A DNA stretch of 64,000 bases from positions 630,638 to 694,637 of the forward strand of contig NW_005434653.1 in the NCBI RefSeq assembly GCF_000315625.1. The letters are read 5' to 3'. Both the position numbers and the translations under genes were made by a program. The notes beneath the pieces were generated by a model, which was given only the letters and a program-made list of their open reading frames with translations, ran no database searches and was not told the DNA's origin. Source of the stretch: Guillardia theta CCMP2712. Lineage: Eukaryota; Protista; Cryptophyta. This document shows, piece after piece, positions 13,740-23,684 of this stretch (position 1 is the stretch's first letter; every line of letters begins with the position of its first letter).

Positions 13740-14045
13740 ACTAATGCCACCGAGCTCGGTCAGTGAGGAGTGCCGCGGCCCGGTCACCGTACGGTACTGG
13801 TGACCGCCCGGCCGGGCTTAGCTCAGCCTCACTGAGTGGCGGCCCGATGCCAGGCCCGGCCGCAGTAAGTTCGGACCCGGCGCCGTCACGGTAAGCCTAG
13901 TACGGTAGCCGGCGCTGCCCGCCGGGGGCCCGTCACCGCCGACGGTGCCGCTGTGCCCAAGGACCCCGCTGGTCAGGGCCCCGGGGCCGGTGAGCAAGCA
14001 GGCGAGCGCGGACCGGCGGGCAGCCGGGCTTCGAGTGACCGTCGT
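13740..14045. repeat. GC-rich palindromic-word block directly upstream of the retroelement cluster
   Basis: Same words as 8170-8680 and 56473-56820 (ggtcaccg, gtacggtac, actgagt, ccggccgg). Confidence 0.55.
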
Positions 14046-14070
14046 TGCTTGCCCCAGGCTCTGCTGTCTC

Positions 14071-14316
14071 GGATTTTATTCCTCCTGCATGCTCCTGCTG
14101 CTTGTTGCTTGACCCTTCGGCTGCTTGTCTGCGCGGCTTCGCGCTTGGGCTGGCGATGCCGGGTCTGCTGACGGTTGCCAGCAGTGCTGGTTCTTTTCGG
14201 GCTTGTGTTTTGTGTGTGTTTGTGCAGCTTCTCGCTGTGAACTGTGTGCCAGGAGGTTTAGCTTGTTCCTGCTTTGTTTTGCTTGAGGCACTTTTTACCT
14301 TCTGTCAGTAAATCCT
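14071..14316 (+). repeat. Solo copy of the element's ~245 bp 3' UTR unit
   Basis: Near-identical to 17925-18177, 19964-20214, 22086-22344 and (inverted) 23117-23366. Confidence 0.9.
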
Positions 14317-15344
14317 ATTAGATCCCCTCAAGGCCTTCCCGCATTGCTATGCTCAGATGCTCAACTGCTTCTTCATGGCATGCCGATCTGCCAGTGTCCG
14401 ACGCAATGGATGTCAGCGCCAGCTCGATCCTTCCGTTGCTGCGCATCATCTCCAGACCTGCAAACGGCGATCCTCCAAGCTTCCTACAGCTGCCTCCGGG
14501 GTAGGATTTACTTGCCGCTTTGTGGCGGCAGCGGACGTCTCGACTGACAGTGGTCAGTCGGCTGCTTCCGGGTATCGCGTCTAAGGGATTTTATTCCTCC
14601 TGCATGGTTTTCCTGCTTTCTGTGTTCCATCTCTACCGTTTTTCGACCTCCTCGAGGTCGAACTTGCTCTTTCACATGTGAGCGTTTTCTTGTCATCTCC
14701 TCACACCATTCGTCGAGTTTCTTCAGGTTCTCCCTGTTTTCATTCAAAAATTTGAATTTTCCTGGCGGTCATCTGCATGCTACTTGGTATCTTGGGCTCT
14801 GTCGAGACCTCATGGCACTAGGTTTCACTTGTGCTCTGTTCTGATCCTCTCCCTTGTACGGTGGGACTGGCATGCGACGCCCTTCCGCTCCACCTCCAGT
14901 GGCTCAACCTTGCTTATCGCAACATTTGGCTCCACTACCTGTCACTGGCATGAGGCGTCGAGATCTACCTTGGGCTTTACTACTAGTGACGGGCGATACC
15001 ATGTCGCTCGGCTGACCCTTCTTTTTCTCCAATGGGTTTGTTCAAGCGGAGGCTCTCCCCCAAGTGCCGAACTCCTGCTCGTCGGTCCAGCTTGCGCATC
15101 TACCGGCGTTCCTTCTTTCGACGCTGGGTAGCTCAGGCCCAGAGGCGCAGACTCGGCAGCACTCCTTTCTCTCCTGCTCTGCGTCCTGTATCCGGAGGGA
15201 ATCTGCTGGGGTCCCCTTCCCTCCTCCAGTCGCCTCCCGTGGCTCCTCTCTCCCCCTCCCCCACCGCCATTGTCGACCTCAGCGGTCGCAACCTGACTGA
15301 GGCCTCTCCGCGGGTCGAGCCCGCCTCACTGACAAAGGTCTTTT

Positions 15345-16084
15345 GTGGATGCTGACAATGCCCAGACCGGGGAGGGGGAGGGGGAGGAGGACAAGCGCCC
15401 AGCGGCCCCTGGTGCTGCCTCCCCCTCCTCTCCGGACTCCTCATCATCCAGCTCGGATGATGCCTACCGCCGACTGTTTCAGCTTGATTCCTCAGCTGAT
15501 GTTTCTCAGTCTCCAGCTGCAGGCGCTGACTCTCCGCCGTCCCTCTTCGGGGGCCCTGCGAAGGCATCCGATGCATCAGCCTGTGCTGCGAATGTCCTGC
15601 CTGACGAGGATGATCAACCTGACCTTGCTGATGCCGACCCTGATTCTGCTACGGATGTGCCCCCGGTTCCACCTATGGCCACCTCAGATTGGCCGGAGGG
15701 CTTGCAGTGGTTGATGTCCAACCTCCGAGTCTTCCTCTATATTCATGAGCGCTTTCGTCCTCATGTCACTGCGTCTCACCTCTTTGGTGAGACTGCAGAG
15801 CTTTGGCTGACTTGTCTTGTGTCTTTGCTGCAATTCATCGATCGATATGATCCTTCCTCGTCCAGCTATCAGACCCTTGTTCTGCTCTTTGAGCACCTTC
15901 CCGCCTTACTGCTTCCCGTACCCAAGGCTGCCAATGGTCCTACCAAGGACGCGCTTATCAAGCGCCAGTGCCGACGTTTCTTGAAGGGTGAATGGAAAGC
16001 TCTTTTCAAGCGCTATCTGCCTGCTGCAGAAACCCATGGGAAGAAGCAAGCAAAGGGGGCGCGGCAGCCTTCACCGCCCCAAGG

Positions 16085-16131
<47 letters not shown>

Positions 16132-16357
16132 TTCGGCGGTCACCTCGGCACCTGCAGCCCTCGTCCCTCCCACAGCAGCAGCTGCAGGAGTCCGAGCAGC
16201 TGCAACCGCCCCGCGGCGGCAACGGCAGAAACAGCAACGGCGGCGGCAGCCACATCCGCAGCCGCCGCAGCCGCAGCCGCAGCCGCAGCCGCAGCCGCAA
16301 CACCACCGCCACCAGCAGCAACCGCAGCAGCAGCAGCCGCAGCCGCAGCACCCGCGT

Positions 16358-16389
<32 letters not shown>

Positions 16390-17730
16390 GCAGCAACGCC
16401 AGCGTCAGCAGCAGCGTCCGCGTCAGCAGCAGCAGCAGCAGCAACACCAGCAACCACCACAGCAGCGACCACAACCGCGCAGGCCGAGGGAGCAGCGGCA
16501 GTCCGGCCAATCGTCTCAGGAGTCTGAGCCTGCTCCTCCGCCGCGACCTACGCTGTCCCTCACCTCTGAGAGCGAGCGCCAAAGACAGTTGGCGATTCAT
16601 CAGTTCACTGCGGGTGACCTTCATCGGGCGGTACGGACACTACTGAGCTCCGGCATCTACAAGGCTGAATCTTTCGCTGATCTTCTTGCTGAAGCACAAG
16701 AGAAGTTCCCTGATGGTGCGTCGCCTGCCTTTGGAAGTGCTTCCGCGGATCATCTCACCCAGCAAGCGCTTGCAGTACTGCAGGTGGATTTGACTGACAT
16801 CCTCGACACCACTAGCCTGATCCAGGCGATCAAGCGCTACAGCTCCTTTGCGGGGACCGATGACCAAGGGTGGAGGATTCGGCAACACCTGTCACCCCTT
16901 TCTAGTCATCCTGCAGCTTTGAAGCTCTACTGCAAACATATCCTCCAAGGGGTCCTTCTTGGCCGGATGCCGGATCTTCTTATTCCTGCCCTGTCAGCCA
17001 TTCGTCGAGGAGGCAGATTTATTCCCCTCTCCAAGGGAGCTGATAAACCTGGTCTCCGGCCAATTGTCATCGGTTCTGCACACCGTCGACTCGCGACGAA
17101 GCTTGCTTTGGCAGGGATTCGCTCTTTTCTTGACCAGCACTTCCTCTCGTCTCACCCTCGAGCGATTCAGTTCGGACTCGATCGAGACGGCTGTCTGAAG
17201 TTCTCGCAAACCGCGTCAGCGCTCCTGCCCCTTCACGCTCGCGGTGATGATGAGGATGTTGCCAAAAAAGTTTACGAAAGTTTACATCCCCTCCTGGCAT
17301 CAACGTCTCAAGATTCAACTTCTTCACTTCGAGGTCGTCACTGGCGGGATTACACTTGGCGGCCTGCCTATCGGCACGGATGGATTTCATGCTAGTCAGC
17401 TCCGAGCGAAGGTTTCTACCCTCAACGAAGAGCTCTCGAAGCTCGGGCTCGTCCAGCATGGCTTCATGTTCAAGACGCTGGTGAGGGCGAGCCATCTCCA
17501 GAAGCTGCGCTTCTTCCTCCAGGGGTCTTCTCCGTTTCTCCCGCGGGTCCAATCACAGATTCGTCGCTTTGACCTCTCTGTCCACCTGGCGCTTGAGAAA
17601 TACCACCGCTGGCCTTCCTCGCAGTACCTCGCCGCGCATCCCGACCTGCTAGAGTTTGCGAGGTTCAAGCGGGAGCTTCCGGGCGGCATAGTCGGGGAGG
17701 GGACGAGTTCAACGCGGCCCTCTGAGGGTC
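15345..17730 (+). pseudogene. Disrupted retroelement ORF (N-terminus, polyQ/CAG tract with frameshift, RT with internal deletion)
   Basis: Frame changes between ORFs 15345, 15992 and 17244; no QG/YxDD region between the QFG motif and the late RT motifs. Confidence 0.75.
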
Positions 17731-18182
17731 TAATCGCCGCCGAGCGGTACCGTGTTCCTGTGTCCAGCCTCCCTCCGTCCGCTGCCCCAGGCGGACCCCC
17801 GGGCAACGCCGGCTCCTTGTCGGCGGCTGCCCTTTCTCCGTCCGCGGCCGCCCGCTTTGTGGCGGCAGCGCGGACGTCTCGACTGACAGTGGTCAGTCGG
17901 CTGCCTCCGGGTATCGCGTCTAAGGGATTTTATTCCTCCTGCATGCTCCTGCTGCTTGTTGCTTGATTGCTTGACCCTTAGGCTGCTTGTCTGCGCGGCT
18001 TCGCGCTTGGGCTGGCGGTGCCGCGCTGACGGTTGCCAGCAGTGCTGGTTCTTTTCGGGCTTGTGTTTTGTGTGTGATTGTGCAGCTTCTCGCTGTGCGC
18101 TGTGTGCCTGGAGGTTTAGCTTGTTCCTGCTTTGTTTTGCTTGAGGCACTTTTTACCTTCTGCCCGGCAGTAAATCCATTGT

Positions 18183-20214
18183 TCTGACCAGCCGATGTCA
18201 CGGACGCTGCTCTCTCCTCATAGCCTGGACGTTCACTGCTCGAGATCTCTCCGTGCCCAGAAGCATCCTCTGGCGACCTTCTTCGTTGAGGCGCACGACT
18301 TCGTTCATAATGCTGGAGCGATCCTCTACCGTCGTGTGAGGGCTCCTGCACCGGCTGCAGATGGCGCGGCGATCCCACCTGCCCCGGCTGCTGTGCCTGA
18401 TGATGCAGGACGCCCCCCGGCATCTGTGGTACACATCCCTGGTTTGCGCGCTCTCGTCGACTCGTCTCATGAGCACTTTATTGCTCCGCCTGCGCAGCGA
18501 AATGTGACCCCTCTTGTCATGCGCGTCTTCCCTCGCCATGTGCATGCTCGCGCTGCGCTGACCGATCAGCAGCGTGATATCCTCACCTTGCACAGCCGCA
18601 GGACACACTCGCTCAAGTCGCAGGATAGGGTCTTGACAGTGCAGTCTACCATCTTCGCTCATTTTCCTGAGCGTGACCTGAGCCACTCTCCGATGCGAGT
18701 CTCGAGCTACTACCCCCTCAAGGCCTTCCCGCACCGCTATGCTCAGATGCTCGACTGCTATCTCCATGGCATGCCGATCTGCCAGTGTCCGACGGAATGT
18801 GATGGATGTCAGCGCGAGCTCGATCCCTCTGTTGCTGCACATCATCTCCAGACCTGCAAACGCCGATCCTCCAAGCTTCCCACGGCGCATGACAACCTTA
18901 CTCGTACGATTCGGTCGATGCTGAACGAAGCTGGTCTTCAGAGCGTCATCGATACAGTGGGGGATCCTCGTTCTCGACGGCAGGTACCCTCCCATCCTCA
19001 TGGCCGCAAGATGAAGGGCGATATCCACATCCCTGGAATCCGCGATCGAGGGTCCGAGCAGTACGAGGGCTTGATGGCGGACGTGACGTTGGTCCACCCT
19101 TACTGCCGACCTGACCAAGTGGGGGGAGGTCAACCTCGACGCCCTCCATGTTGCAGCGTCTGAGAAGATTCGCAAACATCGCGCTGCATATGCCATGACT
19201 ACTCCTGCATCCTGACACCCTCCGCTTCATCTGGTATCTCGCGGACATCATTGCTCAGCGCTCGATGCCTCTTGAGGATGCGGCGTTTGGTCGGCACTTC
19301 GTGCCTGATGACGGACCTGCTGCTGAGGTCCTGGCTCGCAAACGCGCCGCCACCTATCATGCCAGCGCCTCACTATGCAGCTGACGCTGGAGGCGCTCTT
19401 GTCTGGTGCGAGGCGCATGACGCCCTTGCGGGCGCAAGCACTTCTCGAGCCAGAGGACAGCTCCTCCTCGGACTTTGTCGAGTCGCCTGAGGAGGAGTCT
19501 TCGCCGGAGGTCTCCGACTCCGATGGGGGAAACACGTCGAGTGGCGCCGACGATCGGCGCGGAGCTGGCGAGGCGTCTCCGTCCCTCACTGTGACGTCGG
19601 GTGCCTCCGGAGAGCTCGACACCACTGGGGTGCTTGCTGCTGGTCCGAGCTCGCCTGCTTCCTCCCCGGCATCGGTCGGGTCACGCCGGTCCTTGGGCAT
19701 TGCTGCGGCGTCGCCGCCGTCACGGGCGGCTACCACTGACTCGGCTACCGCTGACTCGGAGGCTAGCGAGGAGGACTACCTCGAGCGGTACCGTGTTCCT
19801 GTGTCCAGCCTCCCTCCGTCCGCTGCCCCAGGCGGACCCCCGGGCAACGCCGGCTCCTTGTCGGCGGCTGCCCTTGCTCCGTCCGCGGCCGCCCGCTTTG
19901 TGGCGGCAGCGGACGTCTCGACTGACAGTGGTCAGTCGGCTGCCTCCGGGTATCGCGTCTAAGGGATTTTATTCCTCCTGCATGCTCCTGCTGCTTCAAG
20001 TTGCTTGATTGCTTGACCCTTAGGCTGCTTGTCTGCGCGGCTTCGCGCTTGGGCTGGCGGTGCCGCGTCTGGGTGCCAGCAGTGCTGGTTCTTTTCGGGC
20101 TTGTGTTTTGTGTGTGATTGTGCAGCTTCTCGCTGCGCGCTGTGTGCCAGGAGGTTTAGCTTGTTCCTGCTTTGTTTTGCTTGAGGCACTTTTTACCTTC
20201 TGCCAGTAAATCCT
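18183..20214 (+). mobile_element. 5'-truncated copy (zinc knuckle, RLE, S-rich tail, 3' UTR) with small deletions
   Basis: Near-identical to 20641-21940 and 22349-23114; ends CCAGTAAATCCT. Confidence 0.85.
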
Positions 20215-20284
20215 GTAGGCTATGCCTGACACTCTGAGTTTTACTCGCATACCGTACCCTGCTACCCTGCCAGTAAATCCTCTA

Positions 20285-22344
20285 CTACCCTCAACGAAGA
20301 GCTCTCGAAGCTCGGGCTCGTCCAGCATGGCTTCATGTTCAAGACGCTGGTGAGGGCGAGCCATCTCCAGAAGCTGCGCTTCTTCCTCCAGGGGTCTTCT
20401 CCGTTTCTCCCGCGGGTCCAATCACAGATTCGTCGCTTTGACCTCTCTGTCCACCTGGCGCTTGAGAAATACCACCGCTGGCCTTCCTCGCAGTACCTCG
20501 CCGCGCATCCCGACCTGCTAGAGTTTGCGAGGTTCAAGCGGGAGCTTCCGCATAGTCGGGGTGGGGACGAGTTCACGCCCTCTGAGGGTCTACACCCCGC
20601 TGTTTACTATACGGCTATCGCTCGCTTCCTCGCTTGGTACTCTGACCAGCCCATGTCCCGGACCCTGCCCTCTCCTCATAGCCTGGACGTTCACTGCTCG
20701 AGATCTCTCCGTGCCCAGAAGCATCCTCTGGCGACCTTCTTCGTTGAGGCGCACGACTTCGTTCATAATGCTGGAGCGATCCTCTACCGTCGTGTGAGGG
20801 CTCCTGCACCGGCTGCAGATGGCGCGGCGATCCCACCTGCCCCGGCTGCTGTACCTGATGACGCAGGCCGCCCCCCGGCATCTGTGGTACACATCCCTGG
20901 TTTGCGCGCTCTCGTCGACTCGTCTCATGAGCACTTTATTGCTCCGCCTGCGCAGCGAAATGTGACCCCTCTTGTCATGCGCGTCTTCCCTCGCCATGTG
21001 CATGCTCGCGCTGCGCTGACCGATCAGCAGCGTGATATCCTCACCTTGCACAGCCGCAGGACACACTCGCTCAAGTCGCAGGATAGGGTCTTGACAGTGC
21101 AGTCTACCATCTTCGCTCATTTTCCTGAGCGTGACCTGAGCCACTCTCCGATGCGAGTCTCGAGCTACTACCCCCTCAAGGCCTTCCCGCACCGCTATGC
21201 TCAGATGCTCGACTGCTATCTCCATGGCATGCCGATCTGCCAGTGTCCGACGGAATGTGATGGATGTCAGCGCGAGCTCGACCCCTCCGTTGCTGCACAT
21301 CATCTCCAGACCTGCAAACGCCGATCCTCCAAGCTTCCCACGGCGCATGACAACCTTACTCGTACGATTCGGTCGATGCTGAACGAAGCTGGTCTTCAGA
21401 GCGTCATCGATACAGTGGGGGATCCTCGTTCTCGACGGCAGGTACCCTCCCATCCTCATGGCCGCGTTGAAGATGAAGGGCGATATCCACATTCCTGGAA
21501 TCCGCGATCGAGGGTCCGAGCAGTACGAGGCCGGGCGGCTTGATGGCGGACGTGACGTTGGTCCACCCTTACATTGGTAGCTCGGCCGACCTGACCAAGT
21601 GGGGGGAGGTCAACCTCGACGCCCTCCATGTTGCAGCGTCTGAGAAGATTCGCAAACATCGCGCTGCATATGCTATGACTACTCCTCCTCGAGCGTTCAT
21701 CCCTCTTGCCATCTCGACGGACGGTACCCTGCATCCTGACACCCTCCGCTTCATCTGGTATCTCGCGGACATCATTGCTCAGCGCTCGATGCCTCTTGAG
21801 GATGCGGCGTTTGGTCGGCACTTCGTGCCTGATGACGGACCTGCTGCTGAGGTCTTGGCTCGCAAACGCGCCGCCACCTATCAGCCCCTCACCATGCAGC
21901 TGACGCTGGAAGCGCTCTTGTCTGGTGCGAGGGGCATGACNNNNNNNNNNNNNNNNNNNNNNNNNNNNNNNNNNNNNNNNNNNNNNNNNNNNNNNNNNNN
22001 NNNNNNNNNNNNNNNNNNNNNNNNNNNNNNNNNNNNNNNNTCGACTGACAGTGGTCAGTCGGCTGCCTACGGGTATCGCGTCTAAGGGATTTATTCCTCC
22101 TGCATGCTCCTGCTGCTTGTTGCTTGATTGCTTGACCCTTAGGCTGCTTGTCGGTACGGTCTGCGCGGCTTCGCGCTTGGGCTGGCGGTGCCGCGCTGAC
22201 GGTTGCCAGCAGTGCTGGTTCTTTTCGGGCTTGTGTTTTGTGTGTGATTGTGCAGCTTCTCGCTGTGGACTGTGTGCCTGCCGGTTCAGCTTGTTCCTGC
22301 TTTGTTTTGCTTGAGGCACTTTTTACCTTCTGCCAGTAAATCCT
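20285..22344 (+). mobile_element. 5'-truncated copy (thumb region to RLE; interrupted by N gap; 3' UTR)
   Basis: Begins with sequence matching ~17416 onward; ORF 20335-21543; ends CCAGTAAATCCT. Confidence 0.85.
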
Positions 22345-22348
22345 ATAG

Positions 22349-23405
22349 CCCTGCATCCTGACACCCTCCGCTTCATCTGGTATCTCGCGGACATCATTGC
22401 TCAGCGCTCGATGCCTCTTGAGGATGCGGCGTTTGGTCGGCACTTCGTGCCTGATGACGGCCCTGCTGCTGAGGTCCTGGCTCGCAAACGCGCCGCCACC
22501 TATCAGCGCCTCACTATCAGTGCAGCTGACGCTGGAGGCGCTCTTGTCTGGTGCGAGGCGCATGACGCCCTTGCGGGCGCAAGCACTTCTCGAGCCAGAG
22601 GACAGCTCCTCCTCGGACTTTGTCGAGTCGCCCAAGGGGGAGTCTTCGCCGGAGGTCTCCGACTCCGATGGGGGAAACACGTCGAGTGGCGCCGACGATC
22701 GGCGCGGAGCTGGCGAGGCGTCTCCGTCCCTCACTGTGACGTCGGGTGCCTCCGGAGAGCTCGACACCACTGGGGTGCTTGCTGCTGGTCCGAGCTCGCC
22801 TGCTTCCTCCCCGGCATCGGTCGGGTCACGCCGGTCCTTGGGCATTGCCGCGGCGTCGCCGCCGTCACGGGCGGCTACCGCTGACTCGGCTACCGCTGAC
22901 TCGGAGGCTAGCGAGGAGGACTACCTCGAGCGGTACCGTGTTCCAGTGTCCAGCCTCCCTCCGTCCGCTGCCCCAGGCGGACCCCCGGGCCACGCCGGCT
23001 CCTTGTCGGCGGCTGCCCTTTCTTCGTCCGCGGCCGCCCGCTTTGTGGCGGCAGCGGACGTCTCGACTGACAGTCACTGGGTCAGTCGGCTGCCTCCGGG
23101 TATCGCGTCTAAGGTCATAGGATTACTGCAGAAGGTAAAAAGTGCCTCAAGCAAAACAAAGCAGGAACAAGCTGAACCGGCAGGCACACAGTCCACAGCG
23201 AGAAGCTGCACAATCACACACAAAACACAAGCCCGAAAAGAACCAGCACTGCTGGCACCCAGACGCGGCATCGCCAGCCCAAGCGCGAAGCCGCGCAGAC
23301 AAGCAGCCTAAGGGTCAAGCAATCAAGCAACAAGCAGCAGGAGCATGCAGGAGGAAGAAAATCCCTTACACGCGATACCCGGAGGCAGCCGACTGACCAC
23401 TGTCA
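22349..23405. mobile_element. Short 5'-truncated copy (22349-23114, +) joined tail-to-tail to an inverted 3' end (23117-23405, -)
   Basis: 23117-23405 is the reverse complement of the 3' UTR and ORF end. Confidence 0.85.
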
Positions 23406-23684
23406 NNNNNNNNNNNNNNNNNNNNNNNNNNNNNNNNNNNNNNNNNNNNNNNNNNNNNNNNNNNNNNNNNNNNNNNNNNNNNNNNNNNNNNNNNNNNNNN
23501 NNNNNTCATAAAACTATCATCGACTAAATTCTACAGAGGAAGAGCGGGAGGAAGAGAGGGAGAGAGGGAGAGGAAGAGCGGGAGGAAGAGAGGGAGGGAG
23601 GGAGGGAGGGAGAGTACCAGAGTTCAGTCTGACTGGCTTTCAGGTCGGGCGCCTGTCAGAACCGGCAGGTCGTCACGATCTGGC

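Larger units (their letters stand above)
14071..23405 (+). mobile_element. Tandem cluster of rearranged copies of a CRE-like (RLE-clade) non-LTR retrotransposon
   Basis: RT N-terminal motifs RFIPLSK...LRPIVIGSAHRRL and QFG; late RT motif GITLGGLPIG; CCHC knuckle CDGC...HHLQTC followed by HD, GDI...DVT...E-K restriction-like endonuclease motifs and FIPLAISTDG; near-identical segments repeated several times. Confidence 0.85.

Noticed and set aside
18198-19196. 332-aa minus-strand ORF (and its duplicate 20590-21492)
   Set aside because: Antisense shadow of the retroelement ORF; no motifs, expected in GC-rich coding DNA.
20205-20214. Element terminus as a telomere-repeat derivative
   Set aside because: AGTAAATCCT is single-copy per end and does not match TTAGGG/TTTAGGG arrays; the locus is flanked by ordinary genes.
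14071-23405. LTR, DIRS or CRISPR interpretation of the recurring ~245-bp unit
   Set aside because: No integrase, protease, tyrosine recombinase, PBS/PPT or spacer-repeat periodicity seen; protein motifs fit an RLE non-LTR element.
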